Assembly (NCBI RefSeq): GCF_900289195.1
Contig: NZ_OMOH01000010.1
Location: forward strand, 30,001 to 62,000
DNA from: Propionibacterium ruminifibrarum
GTDB taxonomy: Bacteria > Actinomycetota > Actinomycetes > Propionibacteriales > Propionibacteriaceae
Reading direction: 5' to 3'
DNA: 32,000 nucleotides
Shown: piece after piece, positions 1 to 6,860 of the stretch
Numbering within the stretch: position 1 is the stretch's first letter
How the letters are laid out: each line of letters opens with the position of its first letter
The notes under the pieces: generated by a model
What the model saw: only the letters and a program-made list of their open reading frames with translations
Told to the model about the DNA's origin: nothing
Database searches by the model: none
Program-made: the position numbers and the translations under genes

Positions 1-1
1 T

Positions 2-88
2 GTCCGGGTGGCGGAATTGGTAGACGCGCTAGCTTGAGGTGCTAGTGGCCGCTTTTAGGCCATGGAGGTTCAAGTCCTCTCTCGGACA
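2..88 (+). tRNA. tRNA-Leu, anticodon GAG (class II, long variable arm)
   Basis: Cloverleaf folded by hand. Acceptor stem GTCCGGG/CTCGGAC (one G-U) plus discriminator A. Anticodon stem CTAGC/GCTAG with loop TTGAGGT (anticodon GAG). Long variable arm TGGCCGCTTTTAGGCCA. T-arm GGAGG-TTCAAGT-CCTCT. Confidence 0.9.
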
Positions 89-710
89 CTCGCTGGGACC
101 CCTAGTCAGACCCAATCGACTAGGGGTTTTACTGTTCTCGGTGTACTGCCGGACCATGTCGAATCGAGCCACATCGCGCCATGTTCGACGCATGGTCGGT
201 GCACGCCGCAGCCCACAGCCCGGCCTCACGAGTCCACACCGATCCAGACCTGAGTCACCCACACCACACCGGAGCGACAGAACCGATCATGCGGGACACC
301 CCGGAGCGTCGCGATCACGTCGCCGGCGGACGCCCCGGCTTGCGGGTGATCCGGTCCGTCATCGTGTCGATGCCATCCATCGGGAGGATCCGGTCGAGCC
401 GTGCCTTCACTCGCTCACGCCACTACGCCGGGGCATCATGCTGCCCTCCCTCTCCACTCGGTCCTCCGCCGAGCAGCCCTGCCAGCCCAGGACACATGCT
501 CGTCGCCGTCCCCGATCTGCGACTGCAGTGGCGCATGCTCTCTCCCGAGAACCGCCGCCGGCCGATCCGGCCGATGCGACCTTGGCACCAACGATGCGCC
601 GCCGGCCGCGCTGCCAGGGACACCCGCAGCCAGGGCACACCAGCCGGCCGTCACGGACCTCACCGAACACCCGCCCCGTGACGCCTTCCCGCGCCAGACC
701 CCGGCAAAGC

Positions 711-726
711 TGTGAAGGTACTCACA
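711..726. promoter_or_regulatory. Perfect CRP/FNR-family (Crp/GlxR-type) palindrome TGTGA-AGGTAC-TCACA
   Basis: Exact match to the TGTGA-N6-TCACA consensus. It extends to a 7-bp inverted repeat GCTGTGA/TCACAGC (709-728). No regulated gene is obvious nearby. Confidence 0.35.
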
Positions 727-803
727 GCATTCCCCTACTGGATCACCCTGTCCCCAAGGCTGCTCACAGAAAATTTATCACGAATAATTTCGGCCTAACC
801 CCC

Positions 804-831
804 TTGACGCCGAATATTTTTTTGATCCAAT
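804..831 (+). promoter_or_regulatory. Candidate sigma-70-type promoter inside the AT-rich island
   Basis: -35 TTGACG (804-809), 16-nt spacer, TGn-extended -10 TGATCCAAT (823-831). AT-rich DNA produces such hexamers by chance, so this is weak. Confidence 0.25.
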
Positions 832-975
832 TGGGGAACAACCCTGATTCTCGAGAGATTTACCCTTATTGAACCCTAGGACTTGCAGGATCGACTGGTT
901 TTCACTCAGAGGATCGTCTACACTGTTTTCTGTGGTTTTCGTTAGAAAGCCGCAACCTGAAGCTGTGAACGGTGC

Positions 976-1266
976 TTGGCATTGTGCCACCCACCCCCAT
1001 ATCCGCCGCGCATGGGTCTGAGAGGAACCGGCGCCCGGCAGATCGTCGCAGTGCTGGTCGGTGACACCCCCGCCGTCAGCACCACCCCTCGGCGAGAGGT
1101 CGGGATCCTCCAGAGGCCCACCCCCAGCGGCGGATTGGCCAGGCCCACCCCCATGCCGAGCACTGTTCACAGCTGGGCCTCCCCGCGCACCCCCAGGCGG
1201 GTTGAGGACGTCCGGCCCGGGTCGCGCACATGGTGCGGGCCCGGGCCGACTGGCTCCAGCGGCTAG
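976..1266 (+). CDS. Orphan Pro-rich ORF (96 codons, TTG start; alternative ATG at 1012), possible small protein or gene remnant
   Basis: Third-position G+C is about 83% by hand count, against about 64% in the overlapping +2-frame ORF (1061-1321). No SD, no recognisable domain, and it contains an RPTP repeat. Coding status is unresolved. Confidence 0.2.
   Translation: MALCHPPPYPPRMGLRGTGARQIVAVLVGDTPAVSTTPRREVGILQRPTPSGGLARPTPMPSTVHSWASPRTPRRVEDVRPGSRTWCGPGPTGSSG
1114..1153. repeat. 13-nt perfect direct repeat AGGCCCACCCCCA (1114-1126 and 1141-1153)
   Basis: Read directly, with a 27-nt period. The core CCCACCCCCA also occurs at 990-999. Confidence 0.8.
1214..1247 (+). other. Strong GC hairpin about 70 nt upstream of uppP
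   Basis: GGCCCGGG/CCCGGGCC (8 bp), a small internal loop, then CGCAC-ATG-GTGCG (5 bp, triloop). No U-tract follows. Confidence 0.35.
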
Positions 1267-1317
1267 GCTGGGACGGCGCCCGGCCAGCTCCATGGCACCC
1301 CGATCGCAAAGGAATCC

Positions 1318-2172
1318 ATGAACCTTCTTCACGCAATCCTTCTCGGCATCGTCGAGGGCATCACCGAGTTCCTGCCCGTATCCAGCACCGGTCACCTTCG
1401 CATCGTGGAGAAGCTGCTCGGCTATGACATCCAAGGTGTCGGCATCACCGCCTTCACCGCCATCATCCAGGTCGGTGCGATCCTCGCGGCGATCATCTAC
1501 TTCTGGAAGGACATCGTCCGCATCATCGCCGCGTGGTTCCGTGGTCTCACCCACAAGGAGAGTCGCGAGGATCCCGATTACACGCTCGGCTGGGGCATCA
1601 TCATCGGCTCCATCCCCGTCGCCGTCGTCGGGCTGCTGTTCAAGGACTTCATCGAGGGGGCCCTGAGCTCGCTGTGGGTCATCGCGGCGGCTCTGCTGCT
1701 GTGGAGCATCGCCATGGCCGCGGCCGACCGGCGCAAGGACCTGACCCGCGAGATGAAGGACGTCGGCATCAAGGATGCTCTCGTCATCGGCCTGTTCCAG
1801 GCCCTCGCACCCCTGTTCCCCGGCATCTCCCGTTCGGGGGCGACGATCTCCGCGGGCCTCTTCCGCGGATACACCCGCGAGACGGCCACCCGCCTGTCGT
1901 TCTACATGGGCATCCCGGCTCTCGTGGCCGCCGGCATCTACGAAGCCATCACCGCGGCCTCCGACATCACGACGGCCAGCCCAGGCGGCACGGCCATCGG
2001 CTGGACGCCCACCATCGTGGCAACCCTGGTCTCGCTCGTCGTGGCCTACTTCTCGATCGCCTGGCTGCTGAAGTTCGTCTCGAGCAACAAGTTCACCGGT
2101 TTCATCGTCTACCGCGTCATCCTGGCCGCGGTGATCATCGTCCTGCTCATGCTGGGCGTGGTCACGGCCTGA
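1318..2172 (+). CDS. uppP: Undecaprenyl-diphosphate phosphatase (BacA/UppP)
   Basis: 284 aa polytopic membrane protein with an N-terminal EGITEFLPVSSTGHL motif and an internal PGISRSG motif typical of UppP. SD-like AAAGGA lies upstream of the ATG. Confidence 0.93.
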   Translation: MNLLHAILLGIVEGITEFLPVSSTGHLRIVEKLLGYDIQGVGITAFTAIIQVGAILAAIIYFWKDIVRIIAAWFRGLTHKESREDPDYTLGWGIIIGSIPVAVVGLLFKDFIEGALSSLWVIAAALLLWSIAMAAADRRKDLTREMKDVGIKDALVIGLFQALAPLFPGISRSGATISAGLFRGYTRETATRLSFYMGIPALVAAGIYEAITAASDITTASPGGTAIGWTPTIVATLVSLVVAYFSIAWLLKFVSSNKFTGFIVYRVILAAVIIVLLMLGVVTA

Positions 2173-2196
2173 CGCCCAAAGACCCACGCATGATGA

Positions 2197-2222
2197 GGCC
2201 GGCCCCCATAGCGGGGCCGGCC
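2197..2222. terminator. Bidirectional terminator-like hairpin between convergent uppP and the NifX-like gene
   Basis: 10-bp perfect stem GGCCGGCCCC/GGGGCCGGCC with a 6-nt loop. No clear U-tract. Confidence 0.5.
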
Positions 2223-2245
2223 CCATCACGGTTCTCGTAGGAGAT

Positions 2246-2614
2246 TCAGTCGCCCTGGGCAAGCGCCTCGACGGCGGCCACGACGGCCTGTCGTGGAGCC
2301 ATGTCGGCGGGGACACCGACCACGACGGACACCCCCAGCTTGTCGAGCGTGTTCACCATGGGCTGGCCCATGTGCCCGGCGGCAACGACGTCGACACCGT
2401 TGTCGCGCATGAAACGCACGATGCGGGCATGGTGCTGCCCGTGCCCGCCTTGATCGTGGAGGACGTCCCAGTTGGTCTCCTCGACACGCCAGTCAGTGAG
2501 CCTGCCGTTCTCGACGATGGCGACGGCCATGCGTGGGGCCCGGCCGAGCCCACAGGGCGCGTCGGCGGGGTCCATGGCGAGGGCGACGACGAGGCGATCG
2601 GTGGCATTGGTCAT
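2246..2614 (-). CDS. NifB/NifX-family (dinitrogenase FeMo-cofactor-binding domain-like) small protein
   Basis: 122 aa. The pattern G-x-GRAP...AIVENG...HH...IVRFMRDNGVDVVAAGHMGQPMVNTLDKLGVSVV resembles the Nitro_FeMo-Co domain layout (recalled from memory, not searched). The ATG lies 2 nt after the TrpB2 stop. Confidence 0.65.
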   Translation of the reverse strand: MTNATDRLVVALAMDPADAPCGLGRAPRMAVAIVENGRLTDWRVEETNWDVLHDQGGHGQHHARIVRFMRDNGVDVVAAGHMGQPMVNTLDKLGVSVVVGVPADMAPRQAVVAAVEALAQGD

Positions 2615-2616
2615 GG

Positions 2617-3939
2617 TCAGAACTTACCGTCATAGGCGGCCAGGTCCAGGACGCCGTTGCCGGAGACGCCGATGACGATGACCTCGCCGTCCCTCGCCTC
2701 GCTGACCGCATAGTCCAGGGCCCCGGCGATGGCGTGCGTGGACTCCGGGGCCGGGATGATGCCCTCGGTGCGGGCGAAGGTGATGCCCGCGTCGAAGGAG
2801 CGGTCCTGCTCGACAGCGGTCGGCTCGATGAGCCCGAGGTGTACGGCATGACTGACCATGGGGCTCATGCCGTGGTAGCGTAGGCCACCGGCGTGGATGG
2901 CCGGGGGCACGAAGTCGGTGCCGAGCGTGTACATCTTGAGCTTGGGGGTCATGCCGGCGACATCACCGAAGTCGTACCGGTACTCGCCCTTGGTCATCGA
3001 CGGGCAGGCGGCCGGTTCGACGGCGACGAAACGCGTCGTCGAACCCTCCCGCAGGTTCTGGCCGAGGAGGGGGAAGATGATGCCCGCAGCGTTCGAGCCG
3101 CCGCCGGCACAGGCGAAGACGACGTCGGCCTGTTCCTCACCGGCTTGGCTGAGCTGGTCGAGCAGTTCGAGACCGATGACGCTCTGGTGGATCATGACGT
3201 GGTTGAGCACGCTCCCCAGCGCATAGTGGGTGCCCGGGTCGTTGGCGGCTACCTCGACGGCCTCGGAGATCGCCATCCCGAGCGAACCGGTGGTGTCGGG
3301 GAACTGCTCACGCATCCGGCGACCGGACTCGGTCAGTTCGGAGGGCGAGGAGTAGCACTGGGAGCCATAGACCCCCATCTGGATGTGCCGGTAGGGCTTC
3401 TGCTCGTACGAGGTGCGCACCTGCCAGGTCTGTGAGGTCATGCCGAACAGGGCGCAGGCGAAGGCCAGCGAGGCGCCCCACTGGCCCGCCCCGGTCTCGG
3501 TGGTCAGGCGCTCGATGCCCTCGATCTTGTTGAAGTAGGCCTGCGGCACGGAGCTGTTGGGCTTGTGAGAGCCGCAGGGGCTCACGCCCTCGTACTTGTA
3601 GTAGATCTTCGCCCTGGTGCCCAGGGCGCGCTCCAGACGGACGGCGCGGCGCAGCGGGCTGGGGCGCCACAGGGCGTAGACCTCGCGGACCGGCTGGGGG
3701 ATCTCGAGGTAGCGCTCGGTGCTGAGCTCCTGGGCGATGAGGGACCTGGCGAACAGCGGCTCAAGATCTTCGGGCACGACGGGCTCATCGGTGGCCGGGT
3801 TGAGGGCCGGCGGCAGGGGCTCTGGGAAATCGGCGTTCATGTTGTACCAGTGCGTCGGCACCTGCGCGGGAACGTCGATGCCGAGGCTGGGCACAGCTGC
3901 GTGATCGAACTCAGCTGGTCCTCCGGTGTTCTGACTCAC
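2617..3939 (-). CDS. trpB2: TrpB-like PLP-dependent enzyme (tryptophan synthase beta, type 2)
   Basis: GSHKPNSSVPQAYFNK PLP-lysine motif, TETGAGQWG and GGGSNA motifs, length about 440 aa. I chose the second GTG (3939) because a perfect SD AAGGAGG sits 8 nt upstream. The track start at 3960 is the alternative. Confidence 0.9.
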   Translation of the reverse strand: MSQNTGGPAEFDHAAVPSLGIDVPAQVPTHWYNMNADFPEPLPPALNPATDEPVVPEDLEPLFARSLIAQELSTERYLEIPQPVREVYALWRPSPLRRAVRLERALGTRAKIYYKYEGVSPCGSHKPNSSVPQAYFNKIEGIERLTTETGAGQWGASLAFACALFGMTSQTWQVRTSYEQKPYRHIQMGVYGSQCYSSPSELTESGRRMREQFPDTTGSLGMAISEAVEVAANDPGTHYALGSVLNHVMIHQSVIGLELLDQLSQAGEEQADVVFACAGGGSNAAGIIFPLLGQNLREGSTTRFVAVEPAACPSMTKGEYRYDFGDVAGMTPKLKMYTLGTDFVPPAIHAGGLRYHGMSPMVSHAVHLGLIEPTAVEQDRSFDAGITFARTEGIIPAPESTHAIAGALDYAVSEARDGEVIVIGVSGNGVLDLAAYDGKF

Positions 3940-4115
3940 GTGGCGCTCCTCCTTGGTCACCCGTCGACGAGACCGCAGGGCACGGACTCCGTCGTCCTGG
4001 TGCGGCTCTGCGCACCTGACGGTTCATCCTAACCAGTGGGCCGTGCCCCGCCTCATCCGCGTCCACGCGGACGTGTGGTCCGGCGCCCGGGCCCTCAGCG
4101 CTTGGCCCCTCCACG

Positions 4116-4129
4116 CCCCCGGGGGGGGG
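4116..4129. repeat. Homopolymer junction C5G9
   Basis: CCCCC (4116-4120) is followed directly by GGGGGGGGG (4121-4129) in the dprA/trpB2 intergenic region. Confidence 0.9.
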
Positions 4130-4133
4130 ACGT

Positions 4134-4151
4134 CCGTGCTCCAGAGCACGG
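4134..4151 (-). terminator. Hairpin just downstream of the dprA stop
   Basis: CCGTGCT-CCAG-AGCACGG (7-bp stem, tetraloop), 17 nt past the dprA stop. No U-tract. Confidence 0.3.
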
Positions 4152-4167
4152 GGCGGCTTCAGGGGCC

Positions 4168-5328
4168 TCACCGGGCAGACCGGGCGGGCCTGCTGAGCCT
4201 CCACCGGCCGGGCGCCTGCTGCTCGACCAGGCCGAGCAGTTCCAGTTCGACCAGTGCCCCGGCGCACGTGCGGCTCGTGCACCGTGCCCGTGCGGCCAGT
4301 TCGTCGACGGTGAGGCTCCCCCGCCCCGGCAGCGCCTCACGGACGGCCAGAAGTCCGGGGTCGAGGCCATCGAGCAGCCTGGCCGGCGTGCTGGGGAGCG
4401 GCTCCGGCTGCTCGCCGGGGTCGCAGAGCAGCGCTCTCACGTCATCGGCTCCTGCGACGAGTTCGGCCTCGTGATCGCGGATGAGCCGGTGCGGGGTCTC
4501 ACTCATACCCGACGTGACCGGCCCGGGGACGGCCATGACAATTCGCCCGAGGGCTCCCGCCCAGCGCGCCGTGTTGACCGCCCCGGAGCGGGCTGCGGCT
4601 TCGACGACGACCACGCCGGCGGCCAGGGCCGCGATGAGCCTGTTGCGGGCGAGGAAGCCCGGGCGGGTGGGGCGCATCCCGGGCGGCAACTCGGAAATGA
4701 CCGCCCACTGGTCGAGGATCTGCTCGAAGATCTTGGTGTTGCCCCTCGGGTACCACTCGTCGAGACCGCCGGCCATGACGGCCAGCGTCGGCGCGTTCGC
4801 GGTGAGCGCCCCCTTGTGGGCCGCGATGTCGATGCCGTAGGCGCCGCCGCTGACGATGGGGAACCGGCCGGCCAGCTGGAAGGCGAGGTCGGTGGCGGCG
4901 ACCTGCCCGTACCGCGTGCACGCCCTCGCCCCGACGACCGCCAGGGCCTTGCCGTCGGCGGGCAGGACCTCGTCGAGCCTCCGGCGACCCCTGACCCACA
5001 GGGCCAGTGGTGCTCCGCACATGCCGCCGACGGGTTCCACGCGGTCCAGCCCTGCCAGGCCCGGGGGCCACTCGTCGTCACCGGGAATGACCAGCCGCGC
5101 GCCGATGTCCTGCGCGCGGGCGATGAGGGCGTCGAGGTCGAGGGAACGGGCCCGTCGGGTCCACACCGCACCGTCGCTCGCCGAGACGAGTGCCTCGACA
5201 ACGGCCGGGGCGCCCTGTTCCGCGACGAGCCGGGACAGGTCGGGTTTGCCCGGCTCGCAGATGAACGTGAGCGCGGCCCTGGCGCGCCGTTCGGGAGTCC
5301 AGGAGGTCGTCGTGGTGCCGCCGGTCAT
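4168..5328 (-). CDS. dprA: DNA-processing protein DprA
   Basis: 386 aa with the SGGAYGIDIAAHKGAL Rossmann-like DprA core and a C-terminal winged-helix-like tail. Its ATG overlaps the comM stop (ATGA). Confidence 0.9.
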   Translation of the reverse strand: MTGGTTTTSWTPERRARAALTFICEPGKPDLSRLVAEQGAPAVVEALVSASDGAVWTRRARSLDLDALIARAQDIGARLVIPGDDEWPPGLAGLDRVEPVGGMCGAPLALWVRGRRRLDEVLPADGKALAVVGARACTRYGQVAATDLAFQLAGRFPIVSGGAYGIDIAAHKGALTANAPTLAVMAGGLDEWYPRGNTKIFEQILDQWAVISELPPGMRPTRPGFLARNRLIAALAAGVVVVEAAARSGAVNTARWAGALGRIVMAVPGPVTSGMSETPHRLIRDHEAELVAGADDVRALLCDPGEQPEPLPSTPARLLDGLDPGLLAVREALPGRGSLTVDELAARARCTSRTCAGALVELELLGLVEQQAPGRWRLSRPARSAR

Positions 5329-6860
5329 GCCGCGGCCCCCGCCCAGAGTTCACCGCTGCGCAGACCCACGGCTGCCGCGACATCGTCTCGGGTGACCCTG
5401 TCGTGCCCTGCGAGATCGGCGATGGTCCATGCGATGCGCAGGATCTTGTCGATACCGCGGGCCGAGACGATGCCCCTGGCCAGCGCGCGGTCGAGGAGTT
5501 CGCCGTCGTCGACCGGAGGCAGTTCCCGACGCAGGTGGGAGCCGGGGACGTGGGCGTTCAGGGCCCAGGGCGTGCCGGCCAGCCGCTCGGTCTGGCGGTG
5601 ACGCGCCTCGATGACCCTACCGAGGACGCACGCGGAGCTCTCGCCCTGCTGCCCGCTCATCGCCAGTGTCATGGGCAGGGTGTCCTCGCCCGTGACCTGG
5701 ACGTGGAGGTCGATGCGGTCGAGCACCGGCCCGCTGATCCGCTGGGCGTACCGGCGCACCGCCATGGGCGTGCACCGGCACTCGGCCCCGGGCACGCCGT
5801 GGTTGCCACACGGGCAGGGGTTGGCTGCCAGGACCAGCTGGAATCGCGCCGGATAGGTGACCGACATCACCGAACGCGCGATGGTGATACGACCGGACTC
5901 CAGCGGCGTGCGCAGGGCGTCGAGCACCTGCGGGGAGAACTCCGGCGCCTCGTCGAGGAAGAGGACCCCCTGGTGGGCCAGCGAGATGGCTCCGGGGCGT
6001 GCGACGCGTGAGCCTCCGCCGACCATGGCCGCGACGGTCGCACCGTGGTGCGGGTCCGCGAACGGGGCACGCCGGATGAGGCCCCCGGGCAGTTCCTCGC
6101 CGGCGAGCGAGTGGATGGCCGAGACCTCGAGGGCCTGTTCGTCGTCGAGGACCGGCAGGATTCCGGGCAGACGCCGGGCGAGCATCGTCTTGCCGGTGCC
6201 CGGCGGCCCGTGGAGGAAGAGATGGTGCCCGCCCGCCGCCGAGACCTCAAGGGCCCACCGGGCGTGGCCCTGGCCGAGCACATCGACTAGATCCGGCTGG
6301 GCGGCGGGTTCGTCCGGGGTCCGTTGACGCGCATCGTGGAGCACGGGGCGCCCGTGGAGCGCCTCGACCAGATCGGCCAGGTCGCGAACGCCCCAGACGG
6401 TCATGCCGCTGACGAGTTCGGCCTCGCCGATCTGATCCGCCGGGACGATGGCACGCTCGATTCCCGCCGTGCGGGCGGCCAGGAGCGCCGGCAGGACGCC
6501 TCGCACGGCCCGGACCCGACCGTCCAGACCCAGTTCCCCGAGGAGCACCGACGATGACGCGACCGTGCGGGGAACCAGCTCGGAGCAGGCCAGTACGGCC
6601 GCGACGATCGCCACGTCGTAGTGGCTGCCGGATTTGGGCAGGCTGGCGGGGGTGAGGTTGATCGTCAGGAGCCTGTCGGGCCATGGCAGTCCGGCACCGG
6701 CCACGGCCGCCCGGCAGCGGTCCCGGGCCTCGTACAGGGCCGAGTCGGGGAGCCCGACGAGCACGGTACGGGGCAGTCCGGCCCCCAGCGCCGCCTCGAC
6801 CTCGACGAGGGTGCCCTGGACGCCGATGAGGGCGATGGACCATGCCGATGCGGTGCTCAT
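5325..6860 (-). CDS. comM: YifB/ComM family Mg-chelatase-like AAA+ ATPase
   Basis: Lon-protease-like N-terminal domain, Walker A GPPGTGKTM, FLDE Walker B, and a Cys-rich CPCG...CRC insert. Start trimmed to MSTASAWS (ATG 6860), which overlaps the yraN stop as ATGA. The track ORF extends to 6956. Confidence 0.9.
   Translation of the reverse strand: MSTASAWSIALIGVQGTLVEVEAALGAGLPRTVLVGLPDSALYEARDRCRAAVAGAGLPWPDRLLTINLTPASLPKSGSHYDVAIVAAVLACSELVPRTVASSSVLLGELGLDGRVRAVRGVLPALLAARTAGIERAIVPADQIGEAELVSGMTVWGVRDLADLVEALHGRPVLHDARQRTPDEPAAQPDLVDVLGQGHARWALEVSAAGGHHLFLHGPPGTGKTMLARRLPGILPVLDDEQALEVSAIHSLAGEELPGGLIRRAPFADPHHGATVAAMVGGGSRVARPGAISLAHQGVLFLDEAPEFSPQVLDALRTPLESGRITIARSVMSVTYPARFQLVLAANPCPCGNHGVPGAECRCTPMAVRRYAQRISGPVLDRIDLHVQVTGEDTLPMTLAMSGQQGESSACVLGRVIEARHRQTERLAGTPWALNAHVPGSHLRRELPPVDDGELLDRALARGIVSARGIDKILRIAWTIADLAGHDRVTRDDVAAAVGLRSGELWAGAAA

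Larger units (their letters stand above)
707..969. repeat. Perfect 10-bp direct repeat AAGCTGTGAA (707-716 and 960-969) bracketing an AT-rich segment
   Basis: Both copies read directly and the flanking bases differ on both sides. The enclosed 721-960 is 111/240 = 46% G+C by hand count, against much more GC-rich flanks. Confidence 0.6.

Noticed and set aside
29-262. 77-aa minus-strand ORF and a 277-aa plus-strand ORF (39-872) overlapping the tRNA
   Set aside because: They overlap a clearly folding tRNA-Leu and have no protein-like sequence.
990-1153. The possibility that the three CCCACCCCCA elements are the C-rich loops of an actinobacterial 6C-type sRNA
   Set aside because: I could not fold the C-runs into hairpin loops. 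The only stems available (for example AGGCCCA/TGGGCCT at 1141-1180) place the C-run in or next to the stem and leave very large loops. An Infernal scan would be needed to revive this idea.
89-1317. Prophage or genomic island integrated at tRNA-Leu
   Set aside because: No integrase, excisionase or phage gene can be read here, no duplicated tRNA 3' end was seen, and the gap is only 1.2 kb. Only a decayed-scar hypothesis is retained, as low-confidence findings.
778-2316. 512-aa minus-strand ORF
   Set aside because: Its central part is antisense to the well-supported uppP gene and the rest crosses the gene-less gap. The sequence is Arg/Gly/Asp/Pro-rich with no motifs.
4036-5601. 521-aa plus-strand ORF; similar antisense ORFs at 8226-9218, 10220-11695, 13760-14827 and 25432-26769
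   Set aside because: Each lies opposite a motif-supported gene (dprA/comM, permease, esterase, trmD, mutM/rnc) and shows the wrong-frame amino-acid composition typical of high-GC genomes.
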